From the NCBI GenBank assembly GCA_049322915.1, contig JBMOPW010000014.1, positions 858,774 through 922,773 on the forward strand: a DNA stretch of 64,000 nucleotides. Reading direction: 5' to 3'. The notes beneath the pieces were generated by a model. The model had not been told where the DNA came from, ran no database searches, and saw nothing but the letters and a program-made list of their open reading frames with translations. The stretch comes from Candidatus Zhuqueibacterota bacterium (GTDB lineage Bacteria; Zhuqueibacterota; Zhuqueibacteria; Thermofontimicrobiales; Thermofontimicrobiaceae). The translations under genes were made by a program, and so were the position numbers. Of this stretch, positions 8,511 through 18,673 are shown piece by piece; the first letter of the stretch is position 1; each line of letters opens with the position of its first letter.

Positions 8511-9986
8511 ATGTCCCGCCCTCTGTTTCACATGATCGACGACGAGCAGGTAAAAAGAATTCTCGATGAGGCCTGCAACGTGCTGGAAAAAGTCGGTGTT
8601 TTAATCGAGAATGATAACGCGCTGGATTTGCTGCATGGTGCCGGCGCGCCGGTGACGAAGGATTCGCGCAAGGCGTTTTTTCCCCATTCTTTAGTTGAAA
8701 AATGCCTGGGCACTGCGCCGAAATCGATAACGATGTACGACCGCAATGGCGAACCAGCCATGCACCTGGAAGGGGATGCGATCCATTTCAATCCCGGCTC
8801 GTCCGCGCTCACGGTGCTCGATTGGAACACCCGACGGCAGCGCACGCCGGTCACGCAGGATTTAATCGACTTCAGTCGCGTGACCGACAGCCTGCAAAAC
8901 CTCGCAGCCCAATCCACCTGCCTCATTTCGTCGGACGTGCCCAAAGAAGTGGGCGACCGCTACCGGCTTTTCATCGCGTTGTTGCATAGCTCAAAGCCCA
9001 TCGTGACCGGCACTTTTTCGCTGGATGGGTTCGCGCCCATGCGGGATATGCTGTTGGCTGTTCGCGGGAGTGAAGAAAAACTCCGCGAAAAACCCCTGGC
9101 CATTTTCGACTGCTGTCCCACATCGCCGCTGAAGTGGAGCAATCTTACCTGCAAGGATTTGATGGACTGCGCCCGCGCCGGCATTCCGGCCCAGATAATT
9201 TCCATGCCCATGACCGGGGCAACGTCGCCCGGCACCATCGCCGGGACGCTGGTGCAACTCACCGCAGAAATTCTGAGCGGGATTGTGATTCACCAACTGG
9301 TGCAGCCGGGCGCGCCGGTGATCTGGGGCGGTTCGGCCACAGCGTTCGACATGCGCTTCGGCACCACGCCCATGGGCGCCATGGAAACCATGATGATCGA
9401 TGCGGCCTACGCGCGAATCGCCAAATCGCTGGGGCTGCCCACGCACGCCTACATGGCATTGAGCGACAGCAAGCTGCTGGATTTTCAGGCCGGGATGGAG
9501 ACCGGCATGGGCGCGGTGATGGCGGCGCTGAGCGGCGTCAATGTCATTTCCGGGCCGGGCATGCTGGATTTTGAGAGTTGTCAGTCGCTGGAAAAATTGG
9601 CGCTGGACAATGAAATCTGCGGGATGGCTCTGCGGCTGGTGAAAGGAATTCAGTTGCGGCAGGGCGCGCTGGGCGAAGACCTGTACGGCGATATTTACGA
9701 CGGCGAATATTTTCTCACATCGCCCACGACGCTTCGCTGGCTGCGGGAGGAATTTATTTTCCCTTCGGAACTGATAGAGCGGGAGAGCTACCCCATCTGG
9801 CTGGCTCAGGGTGGAAAATCAGCCGGGGACAGGGCGCATGCGCATGTCCGTGAAATGCTGTCCCGGCAAGTGGAGAATCCGTTCGATGCCGACTTTCTCC
9901 GAGAGTTAACGCGCATCATGAGCGCCGAGGCAAAACGGTATGGCGCGGATTCGCTTCCCACGGAGGGAACTGACAGACAATTCTGA
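8511..9986 (+). CDS. Trimethylamine methyltransferase (MttB) superfamily protein, non-pyrrolysine type
   Basis: GATSPGTIAGTLVQLTAEILSG, PGAPVIWG, FDMRFG, DSKLLDFQAGME, GMLDFESCQSLEKL motifs; uninterrupted 491-aa frame; AAGGAG RBS. Confidence 0.9.
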   Translation: MSRPLFHMIDDEQVKRILDEACNVLEKVGVLIENDNALDLLHGAGAPVTKDSRKAFFPHSLVEKCLGTAPKSITMYDRNGEPAMHLEGDAIHFNPGSSALTVLDWNTRRQRTPVTQDLIDFSRVTDSLQNLAAQSTCLISSDVPKEVGDRYRLFIALLHSSKPIVTGTFSLDGFAPMRDMLLAVRGSEEKLREKPLAIFDCCPTSPLKWSNLTCKDLMDCARAGIPAQIISMPMTGATSPGTIAGTLVQLTAEILSGIVIHQLVQPGAPVIWGGSATAFDMRFGTTPMGAMETMMIDAAYARIAKSLGLPTHAYMALSDSKLLDFQAGMETGMGAVMAALSGVNVISGPGMLDFESCQSLEKLALDNEICGMALRLVKGIQLRQGALGEDLYGDIYDGEYFLTSPTTLRWLREEFIFPSELIERESYPIWLAQGGKSAGDRAHAHVREMLSRQVENPFDADFLRELTRIMSAEAKRYGADSLPTEGTDRQF

Positions 9987-10014
9987 TTCTCCGCTCGCCT
10001 GCCGGTTCTCTCGG

Positions 10015-12969
10015 TCAATTTGTGTACAGATGCACCATGATCCTGCGATTCAACTGCCGGCCCAAAGGCGTTTCATTATCCCCCAACAAAATTTCCTGCC
10101 CGTCTGGGGCGAGGAAGATCAGCGGCTGACTTTCGCCGTGACCTTCCGGCGGTACGTCGATCCGGGCTTTCAATTTTTCGAACAGGGCCAGATCGGCCGG
10201 ATTGTTCTTATCGAATTTACGGTTCAGCAGATCGTCGAGAAATTTTTGGTGGAAGGTCTGGGTTCGCCGCGCCGAAACAATGTGATTGGCGGTTTCCGAA
10301 CCAATGGCGCAGCCGTGGCCGTGAAACTTCATGCGCATATTTTCATTTTCCTTCAGCAGCGTGTACATGCTGTCCACCAGACCTTCCCAGTAAAATTCGT
10401 AAAACGCCCTGGCCTCGTTGAACTGCGCGATGATGTAATACATGCGTTCTTTCTTCGAGTAAGCATGGCCGAGCGCCACATCCCGGTCCCTGGTCTGAAA
10501 CGCCCGTTGCAGTGAATCGGTCAGCGCGATGTGGTAATGGACGTCTTCGTACAGCCACAATGACGGCCGCTCCGGGAATCGTTCGGCGATGTGCCAATTC
10601 GACGTGTCCGGCAGGTCTGCCTGCCCGGCAGCGGCAATGCCCACAGTATCCGCCATGTTCGTTTTGCTCAAAAATAAACGCGCCGTGGAAATGGGAATCG
10701 GGCTGGAAATTGTGGAACGGAACGGGACCGCATTCCACGCGAATCTGTTGTACACTGTTTTCAATGGGCCGAAGACTATTTTTTCATTGGCGACGTCGGT
10801 GAAAATGTCCGCGCGCCACCGTTCTTCCACACGCCACGGCGTGTCCGTCGGCGGAAGGTACGCGGTGTGAATCAACGTGTCCGGCAGAATTTCGATCTGA
10901 TTTTTATTCACGCCCAATTTGATGAGCGAGTCAGCCACAGCCCGGGCCCGAGCGCCGGCAACATCAATCGTCTCGTCCGAATTTTTATCAGCGGCTCCCT
11001 GCACATAAATTTTCATCTCCGGATGGCTGGCGAGCCGTTCCGCGAACAATGCCAGCGGCGGCGTGATTTTCCATCGGCGAATATATTCCTCTCCAATTTC
11101 AGCGCTGCCTTTTTTGAAATAAATCTTGCCAATGACCGGCAGTTCAAATTCAGTCTTGTGAATTTTCATGGGTGCAACGTGCTCTTCGGCTGCAAATATC
11201 CCTTTGGGAATCGAGTGGAACATCTCTGAAAACGCGTGCTGCATTTCGTCCGTGCTGATCCGGCGAATCTGGCCGGTGATACGATGACGCCCCGGCAGGC
11301 TGCTGCGCCAGTCCAATTCCACCACCGTGGACTGCTGCGGCTCGAGATTGTCCAGGACGACATTGGCTATCAACACATGGCCGCGGACTGAGTCCGCAGA
11401 AGCATCAGTTGACCCATTCGCCAGCGAATCGTAAACCGACAGCGAGTATTTGTTCGCCGTGCGACTGCCGTTATTTTTGACATGGAATTTCAATTTTCCC
11501 TGCATATCATCTTCGGTGATCCAGGGATAATAATCAAATTCGATATCAGTGATTTCCGGCCGGGGCGAGGAGACAAAGAAACGGGCGATGCGCCGGTTGT
11601 CTTTTTCAGCGAACCGGATGTGATTGTCCCGATCCAGCGCGAGAACCATCCAGTAATAATGGCCGCCCTGATTGAAGCGCGCGGCATAGGAAGGATCCAA
11701 CAGCGGTTCACTGATGAAGAAGGAGTCCTGCTGCACCTGAGCCAGAGCGCGACCTGGCGCTATCCCGGCGAGATTCAGGATCGTGTGCAATTTCACACTG
11801 TCTCTGTCAACGAGCAGACGATAGGAAATGTCGTCGTACAGGTCCGGATCGGCCGAAGGCGCCCAGCAGAAGCGCACTGAATCGATATCCACCCAATCAT
11901 TGTTGACCGGCGTGATGAATTCGAACTTCTCCGGACCGATGGGCTGATGCGTGACCGTGCCGTGGTACGGCGCCGAGACAAACGCGCTCTGTTGATTGAC
12001 TGCCAGGTCGAAGCGAAGGGCGTTATTCCGGCCGGGATTGAGTTTGCCGAAATGAAGATCATCGAATTGGAAGCTGCCGCCGAAACTGAATTGCCCGAGC
12101 AGATTGTCCTCGAAACTGTACCCGGCGCGCAGCGCAATCAGATTGCGGAACGAGAACTCCGAGCCCAACAGAAAGAATCCCTGCTCATCTTTTGTGTCGC
12201 GATATTCAGCGGCGAGCGTCATCTGGAAATGCCGATGACTGCCGAGTTGCAGCGCCGCGCCGGAGCGGAGTGTGCGCGGCAGGGGAGAGCGCTCGCTCAC
12301 GAAGGACAACCCTTCGCCGAGGTTGGTCACGGACACGCCGGCGGAGAGGATGGCGTAATCCCAGATACCCCGACTCGCGGATTGGATGTGGAACCGGCGC
12401 GACCTCGCCATCATGCCAAAATCCAGTATCCATGTGCTGGCGTTGAATTCACCCATTTCGCTGTTGAAAAATTTCACACCAGTCCCCAATGAAATGTTCG
12501 GCGAGATGAAATCCAATCTCTGGCCGAGGCTGGCGCTGGCCACCAGATTGCTCCCGGCCGCCGATACGACCGTTTCACCGCCGCTGTTGAATTCCGGGAT
12601 GCCAAGATAATTCAGGCTCAGCGCAGCGCCGGTGTTTCGGCTCCACGGTGTTCGAAATTGCCTGCCGTAGAAAAAGGACGTGTTGTAGACGTCAGAAATC
12701 CAGTTGGTGTAGGTTGCCGCCCATGTCCACTCGCGCATGAAACCGGCAGCGCCGGGATTGGCCTGATACGAGTGGGCGAAATCCAGCACGCCGGAGACGC
12801 CGCTGCCAAATCCAACTTCCCGCGCTCCGGGGAGCATTTTCAAATAGGCGGAGCCGGCGCGTATTTGTCCGTGGGATTGATGCGCTGAAACCAGAAGCGT
12901 CAACGCGACGGTGATGAGAAATGTCAGATGAACAGTATGTTTTTTTCGGAGTATGCGTTGAGTGGTCAT
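10015..12969 (-). CDS. PorV/PorQ-like beta-barrel fused to CARDB-like Ig and OmpA-like domains
   Basis: N-terminal GSAYLKMLPGAREVGFG...NPGA...PLPRTLRSG...IALRAGY (PorV-like); IYFKKGSAEI...VQGAAD...ARARAVADSLIKLGV and GHG...SARR...GHGESQPL...GRQLNRRI (OmpA-like). Confidence 0.7.
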   Translation of the reverse strand: MTTQRILRKKHTVHLTFLITVALTLLVSAHQSHGQIRAGSAYLKMLPGAREVGFGSGVSGVLDFAHSYQANPGAAGFMREWTWAATYTNWISDVYNTSFFYGRQFRTPWSRNTGAALSLNYLGIPEFNSGGETVVSAAGSNLVASASLGQRLDFISPNISLGTGVKFFNSEMGEFNASTWILDFGMMARSRRFHIQSASRGIWDYAILSAGVSVTNLGEGLSFVSERSPLPRTLRSGAALQLGSHRHFQMTLAAEYRDTKDEQGFFLLGSEFSFRNLIALRAGYSFEDNLLGQFSFGGSFQFDDLHFGKLNPGRNNALRFDLAVNQQSAFVSAPYHGTVTHQPIGPEKFEFITPVNNDWVDIDSVRFCWAPSADPDLYDDISYRLLVDRDSVKLHTILNLAGIAPGRALAQVQQDSFFISEPLLDPSYAARFNQGGHYYWMVLALDRDNHIRFAEKDNRRIARFFVSSPRPEITDIEFDYYPWITEDDMQGKLKFHVKNNGSRTANKYSLSVYDSLANGSTDASADSVRGHVLIANVVLDNLEPQQSTVVELDWRSSLPGRHRITGQIRRISTDEMQHAFSEMFHSIPKGIFAAEEHVAPMKIHKTEFELPVIGKIYFKKGSAEIGEEYIRRWKITPPLALFAERLASHPEMKIYVQGAADKNSDETIDVAGARARAVADSLIKLGVNKNQIEILPDTLIHTAYLPPTDTPWRVEERWRADIFTDVANEKIVFGPLKTVYNRFAWNAVPFRSTISSPIPISTARLFLSKTNMADTVGIAAAGQADLPDTSNWHIAERFPERPSLWLYEDVHYHIALTDSLQRAFQTRDRDVALGHAYSKKERMYYIIAQFNEARAFYEFYWEGLVDSMYTLLKENENMRMKFHGHGCAIGSETANHIVSARRTQTFHQKFLDDLLNRKFDKNNPADLALFEKLKARIDVPPEGHGESQPLIFLAPDGQEILLGDNETPLGRQLNRRIMVHLYTN

Positions 12970-15900
12970 TGTACCACCATCACTTTCTTCATGGCCCGAT
13001 AATTGCCAGATTCAATCGTGATAAAATACAACCCGTCCCCGATTATTTGCCCGTCTTCGGTCAGGCCGTCCCAGTGATAGGTATTCCAGCCGGCCTGATA
13101 GGGGCCCTCCGCGATTTTGGTGACTTTGGCGCCCGTCAGGTCGTACAGATCGAGTTGCGCAATTCGGTTCGAACTCAGTTTGAAATTAATGGCCAATGGC
13201 GTGGAAGCGCCGGCCGCGTACACGTTTCTGTCCAGATTGAAATTGTCATTGCTGCGAACCAGGACATAGGTCTCAGCGGTTCTCACATCTCCGAAAATGT
13301 CAATGCTGCGGAGCTCAAATTTGATCCGCTCCGCTTCCTCGTCCGTGAACAGCCGCACGTCGGTGAACGGCGGATCGACGTCGTACCATTCGTCCGGAGT
13401 GAGCAGCGCCGACGCGATGAAGTCGTCCGCGAAATCTGTGATGATCGAACCATCCGCCAGGTAAACCCAGAGATCCCAGGACTGAATGGGCAGCCGCACT
13501 TGAACGCGCACAGTGATTTCATCGCCGACATCCACAATGGTCGGATTGGCCTGAATCTTCGGAGAGTAGTCGACGATGATCTGCGGCTTCACCACATTGT
13601 ACACGGTGTCGGCATCACTATTGTCGCCGAGACGGGCTGGGTCTTCATTTCCCGCGCGAACCACAACGCGGTTGATCAGCGGGTGAATTCCGATGGACAT
13701 ATTGGACGAGCATGTCGCGTCGAGTCGAATGGCTGCATTCGCGCCGGGCGCGAGATCTCCCACATTCCAGCCGACCGAGTCCGAGGCGACAAACAGTGGC
13801 GTGCGGGAAAAATTGCTCACGACAACGGAGTCAGCGGCGAATTCGGTGACCGTTACATTTCGCGCGGTGACCGCGCTCTGATTGCGTACCGTCAGCGTGA
13901 TGGCAAATGTCTCTCCCGGTTGGACAAACCGAACCGTGTCCCGGTTCGCCACGGAGAAGGAATCCGAAATGACCGTCTGATTCACGCCAATATCGCAATG
14001 GCCCTGCAGCGGCGAAAGGGCGTACACCAGCGTGGCGGCGAAGTTGTTGGCCGGGACGGAATCATTCGCGGCGATGACGCGGCAGGCGTTGTACACCGGC
14101 AGCGGGTCCGGCGATTGCGGCGCTTCGGTCACAACAGCGTGAAACGTGAATTCGGCGCTACTGCCGGCAGCGAGGGAATCGAATTGCCAGATGAGCAATG
14201 AATCAGAATGCACAGCCGGCGCCGGGCTGAAATTCGACGGCGCGATCCACGGGGACAGGGTGTCCACCAGCGAAATATCGAAAGCCGCGCTCGGCCCGGT
14301 ATTCCGGACAATCAGCCTGTACTGGAACGGCTGATTGACGAACACCGCCGGAACCGTGTCGCCCTGAACAACGGTGAGTGAATGGGCAGCGACCGTGTGC
14401 TGCAGGGCGAGGTCGAAGCGCTGTTCAGCCGAAGGCAACACGAAAATTGAGTCGCTGTCCGCGTTGTTGGAGACGACCGTGTCATTGGCCGCAGCGATCT
14501 CGGCCATACTGAACAGCCAGCGCACGTCCGCCGGCGCGGTTGCGGACAGGCGCGTCGTGACTGCTATTTTTATCCGCTCACCGGCAGCGACCTGGCTGAA
14601 TTGCCAGGCCAATGAATCGCCGATGGCCTCCGGCGCCGGATTCGCGCCGATGAAGGCGACCAACTCCGGCAATGTCTGGGTCAATCGCACATCTCGCGCA
14701 GCGACGCCGGATTCGTTGGCGACCTCAAGTTCGTAAAGGTACTGCTGACCCGGGCGAATGGCGTTCACGATGTTGCCATCGACAACAGCCGTCGTTGGGG
14801 TGACTGAAGTCAGAGACACTGTTGCATCGGCGTTGTCTTCGCCGGTGCCGGTTTCTTCGATGATGTAAATTTCGATTTGAGCAAAATTGTTTTCCGGCGC
14901 AGAATCACCCTCTGCGGCGACAAGGCTGGTATGAACGAGCTCATGGGGCGTTATCACCAGGGATGATGCGGCCTGAAGGTACATTGAAACGACGAGCTCC
15001 TCGCCCACTGCCAGGGAATCGAGTTGCCAGAGGAGCGTATCGTTTCGCTGTTCGTCCGGCGAATGACTTATTGAAACCAGAGTGGCTGAATCGGGAATGA
15101 TTTCGCGCAGCAGTACGTCGAGGGCAGTGACCGGCCCGAGATTTTGGACGGTGCTGGCATAAGTGTAAAAATCGCCTTCTTCAACGAGTGGCAAGGAATC
15201 GCCGGTAACTTCTGGGCGTGTATCCGCAGCGAGCCATTGCGTCACCTGCACATCGAATTTTCGCGGGCGAACCGTGTCCGGATAGGCGATGAACACGGTA
15301 TCCGCAGCGACGTTGTCCCCGGGCATGGAATCATTTTCAGCAGTCACCTGGGCGACGCTCACCAGTCGATCCAGCGCAAGTGGGATGTGGCTGACGAGCG
15401 CGACAGAGACCGTCGCGGAGAATTCGGTATTTGGGGCGACCTCTGCAAATCCCCATTTCAGGGAGTTCGGCGAGATGTCGCTCGGCTCGATGGAAATGTC
15501 CCGTATTTGAATTGAATCCGGCAGCAGATGGGAGAATTGCACCTGCCGGGCCGGGTATTGTCCCAAATTTTTCATGGCAACCGTGTATTCGAATTCATCG
15601 CCGGGAAAGACCGCCCGCACCGTGTCTCCGTTGATGATTGCCGTCCGTCCGGTATTGGCCTGAATGAAGGCGGCGAGATTGGTGAATTTCAATGCCGTCT
15701 CCGGTTTATTGATGCCGTACACTGTTGTCGTGCTTGCGTTATTTTGCAGGAAGGTATCCGATTCGCAGATCACGTCGGCGATCTGGACAAGGGGAAACGG
15801 CGCCATTGCAAGTGAGTCCGCGACCAGCGCTGTCATCTCGATGCGAAGGGAATCCTGGGCGGCCAGCGAATCCAGTTGCCAGAACAGGGAATCGTCCGAG

Positions 15901-17627
15901 ACCCTGTCCGGCGCGGTCGAAAAGCGGATGATCGTGATTGAATCGGCCAGACTATTCCTGAGCGTGATATTGCGGGCGATTGCCGGCCCGAAATTCGTGA
16001 TTGAAAGGAAATACTGAAATGAATCGCCGGCGACAACGGCCGGGACCATCGCCTGTTCGAATTCGATAGTCGTGTCGGTTCGGGCGAATTGGGTGATTGC
16101 CAGATCGCAATTCACCGGTCCCTGTTTGCGGAGCGCGATGACGGTGTCCGCGTCCGCGTTGTTGGCCAAAGCCGTATCGTTGGGAGAAACCATGTGGACT
16201 AGGCTCAGCAGCTCGCCCGGCGTCTCGGAATATCCGGATGCCAATTGGACGGAGACGGAGAAGGAACTATCCGAACTGGCAGCCAGATTGTCAATTTTCC
16301 AGACCAGCGAATCCGCGCCGGCAGCGAATGGCGGTGTGCTCGTGCTCAGAACCCGTACTGAGTCCGGCAGCGTGTGCCGAACAGAAATCAATTGGGCAGC
16401 GCGCGGCCCGATATTGCTCACAGTGATGTCGTAGCGGAACGGCTGTCCCGGCAGAACAGCATTGTATCGAACCCCGTTCAAATCAATAGTGGAGTCGGTG
16501 ACAGAGGTCAGATTCACGGCCACATCTGTGCCGGGCGGAGTGACGATTCCCGGCACAAAATACTCGCCTTTTCCGACGCCCTCTTTCCCGATGTATTTCA
16601 CACTCACTTCAACGGTGCGCCATGTATCATTGCGCTGCGGGTCCGTGGTCGTATGTGCCATCATGTAATAATTCAGCATGATGTCTGAGAGGATGGTGTA
16701 CACCTGGGCCATTTCCACAGCAGTCGCTGCCTTGAAAAACAGGCCGCCGGTTGCCGATGCGACGAGTTGCAGTTCCTGTTCCTGGGTATCATCGCCCAGG
16801 GCAATGGTGAAAATCGGGACGTTGTAAACGCGCGCGCTGTCGATGACAGCCTCGGGTGTGGTGGTCGAGCTATTGTCCTGACCGTCGGTGTAAATAATGA
16901 TGCCGCAGCGGTCGGTTTTGAACTTCATTTCCTGAATCGCCAGCGCCAGCGGATCGTAAATCGCAGTGCCATTTCCCAGCGCCGCGGAATCGATGCCGGC
17001 GATGATGCGGTCTTTGTCGGTCGTCAGTTGCTGGTATCGGACGATGGAGCGGTCGAATTGGATCAGCCCCACCTCGTCGATGGAGCGGAGCAGTTCCACG
17101 TAGGCGCGGACGCCATTTTTAGCGTCCTCCAATTCCTGTACCATGCTGGAACTTACATCCATAATTAAAATGGTACGGGTGGGAATGGGAATATTCTTTC
17201 TCACCTCGGTGAACAGCGGCGCCGGGGATTGGTTGTACGCATCAGGATCGGCCGGCACTGATGGATCCGCCGTATGGTATTCGTTGACTTCACTCCAGAT
17301 TTCGGCCACAGGATAGCCGACATTCGCCATATCCGTCGGACCCAGCCACTGAAGCGTATCTGCCAGCCCGATGACCACGCGCGATCTGTAATCTATGATT
17401 GAAATCGTCGAAAGGACAGGATTTGGGAAAGCGCCGGTTAACCCCCTGAACGTGAGAGACGAGTCGATGGAAATATTGCTGATGCTGATTTGCAATGGAT
17501 TGGTCTCACCGGGATCGATCTGGCCGAGGGCTGTCGTGGATAAAAAAGATGCCTGAATCAGAAAAAGAAGTATCCAGGCAATCAGACGATTGTTGAACCT
17601 GACGGTATGCATTGAAATTACCTTCAC
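12966..17627 (-). CDS. Large surface protein: VWA domain, about 7 DUF11-type Ig repeats, C-terminal FlgD-Ig/CTD-like domain
   Basis: MIDAS motif MDVSSSM, GTAIYD, YTDGQD; seven repeats of DxAxxx...YxxxVxNxGP...LxWxxxxL...NN; C-terminal WDGLTEDGQIIGDGLYF...KKVMVVQ; overlaps the next start (ATGA). Confidence 0.85.
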   Translation of the reverse strand: MKVISMHTVRFNNRLIAWILLFLIQASFLSTTALGQIDPGETNPLQISISNISIDSSLTFRGLTGAFPNPVLSTISIIDYRSRVVIGLADTLQWLGPTDMANVGYPVAEIWSEVNEYHTADPSVPADPDAYNQSPAPLFTEVRKNIPIPTRTILIMDVSSSMVQELEDAKNGVRAYVELLRSIDEVGLIQFDRSIVRYQQLTTDKDRIIAGIDSAALGNGTAIYDPLALAIQEMKFKTDRCGIIIYTDGQDNSSTTTPEAVIDSARVYNVPIFTIALGDDTQEQELQLVASATGGLFFKAATAVEMAQVYTILSDIMLNYYMMAHTTTDPQRNDTWRTVEVSVKYIGKEGVGKGEYFVPGIVTPPGTDVAVNLTSVTDSTIDLNGVRYNAVLPGQPFRYDITVSNIGPRAAQLISVRHTLPDSVRVLSTSTPPFAAGADSLVWKIDNLAASSDSSFSVSVQLASGYSETPGELLSLVHMVSPNDTALANNADADTVIALRKQGPVNCDLAITQFARTDTTIEFEQAMVPAVVAGDSFQYFLSITNFGPAIARNITLRNSLADSITIIRFSTAPDRVSDDSLFWQLDSLAAQDSLRIEMTALVADSLAMAPFPLVQIADVICESDTFLQNNASTTTVYGINKPETALKFTNLAAFIQANTGRTAIINGDTVRAVFPGDEFEYTVAMKNLGQYPARQVQFSHLLPDSIQIRDISIEPSDISPNSLKWGFAEVAPNTEFSATVSVALVSHIPLALDRLVSVAQVTAENDSMPGDNVAADTVFIAYPDTVRPRKFDVQVTQWLAADTRPEVTGDSLPLVEEGDFYTYASTVQNLGPVTALDVLLREIIPDSATLVSISHSPDEQRNDTLLWQLDSLAVGEELVVSMYLQAASSLVITPHELVHTSLVAAEGDSAPENNFAQIEIYIIEETGTGEDNADATVSLTSVTPTTAVVDGNIVNAIRPGQQYLYELEVANESGVAARDVRLTQTLPELVAFIGANPAPEAIGDSLAWQFSQVAAGERIKIAVTTRLSATAPADVRWLFSMAEIAAANDTVVSNNADSDSIFVLPSAEQRFDLALQHTVAAHSLTVVQGDTVPAVFVNQPFQYRLIVRNTGPSAAFDISLVDTLSPWIAPSNFSPAPAVHSDSLLIWQFDSLAAGSSAEFTFHAVVTEAPQSPDPLPVYNACRVIAANDSVPANNFAATLVYALSPLQGHCDIGVNQTVISDSFSVANRDTVRFVQPGETFAITLTVRNQSAVTARNVTVTEFAADSVVVSNFSRTPLFVASDSVGWNVGDLAPGANAAIRLDATCSSNMSIGIHPLINRVVVRAGNEDPARLGDNSDADTVYNVVKPQIIVDYSPKIQANPTIVDVGDEITVRVQVRLPIQSWDLWVYLADGSIITDFADDFIASALLTPDEWYDVDPPFTDVRLFTDEEAERIKFELRSIDIFGDVRTAETYVLVRSNDNFNLDRNVYAAGASTPLAINFKLSSNRIAQLDLYDLTGAKVTKIAEGPYQAGWNTYHWDGLTEDGQIIGDGLYFITIESGNYRAMKKVMVVQ

Positions 17628-17873
17628 ATGGTTAATGTTTGATTATGAAAAATCAAAACCGGTGGATAATTTATCTTCCATGAATTGGCGCAGTCCATTT
17701 CAATTTCTTTGTCGTATGAACCTGCCAGTCGCGCAGGACCTGGCATACAGTCGTTTCAGTCGCGATATTTGAACCTAAATTGAACGATTAGCGAACAGCA
17801 TTCAGCTATCAGTACTTTTAAAAATAATAAATGAAACATGTGCAGGGTTTCACCCATTTGGTGATCGGATAAT

Positions 17874-18032
17874 TCGTATCCACTCAATAAAATATGGTGG
17901 AATCCGTCTTGCCCGAATGCTTTTATCGGGCATCCATTGAATCAGCGTGGATTCCCGCTAAGAGCATGCGGGAAAGACAACCATTACGTTATTTGTAACT
18001 TATAATTGCCCGAAAATATTGAGCGGATACGA
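17874..18032. mobile_element. 159-bp MITE-like element enclosing a REP-like hairpin doublet
   Basis: Terminal inverted repeats tcgtatccactcaata / tattgagcggatacga (15/16); flanking TAAT direct repeat; internal hairpins gcccga..tcgggc and ttcccgc..gcgggaa. Confidence 0.65.
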
Positions 18033-18108
18033 TAATTCCATCTGAACATGCTGTTTTTCTTGTTGCTGAAGACTGAAAACAAATCGCCTTTTTTTAGGTT
18101 GAACTTAC

Positions 18109-18498
18109 GTAACGACTCCGGTTCCAGGTTTCAAGGTTCCCGTTTCCGGGTTAAAAAGAATTTTCGTCGCTATTCAGGCATGTAGTCTCGACGCGAAGTC
18201 ACACGAAGATGTCATGCTATTCGTTCTTGTTTTGTGCAATTCATTTTTTTGAACCACGTTCAGTTTTTCTGAATCGAGAATTCAGCCTGCATTGTTCATA
18301 GTATTTTTAAAGGAGGCTGGCTAACCTGAATGGTGCTCTTTTTGGAATAAACGTATAAAAACTGAGTTTCAAAATAGCTTAGCTTTTAGCTAGTTGAAAA
18401 TCTGGATGTTGACTCAAATTCTGAGCAAGTTCATGAATAATTCAGGTTAGATGTATTTTTTTCTTCGCGCCTTTGAGACTTTGTGGCTGAGCAGTCAT
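18109..18498. mobile_element. ~390-bp MITE, copy A, carrying a nested 161-bp MITE
   Basis: Homologous over its whole length to 21548-21935; degenerate ends gtaacgactccg / ctgagcagtcat; flanked by gaacttac / gaaattac (7/8 direct repeat). Confidence 0.7.
18286..18446. mobile_element. 161-bp inner MITE with CCTG ends
   Basis: Ends cctgcattgttcat / atgaataattcagg; near-identical to the inverted free copy at 37717-37877. Confidence 0.75.
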
Positions 18499-18673
18499 GA
18501 AATTACTATTGTTTTTTCAACGTTGGCAAATCAGAAAATGAAAATCGATCGACAGCAGCCAGTGGCGTTGTCTGATCTGAAAAAACATATCACAGTTTCG
18601 TTGTTTGCCGGAGACACAACAGTCGTTCAGCATGCCTCCCTGATGAATTTGTGCTCCGCTCACAGCATGAAAC

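Noticed and set aside
12921..14201. Long antisense ORFs (this 426-aa one; also 59079-60197, 45480-46415, 57869-58753)
   Set aside because: Shadow frames of GC-rich genes that have clear motifs on the other strand; no recognisable domains
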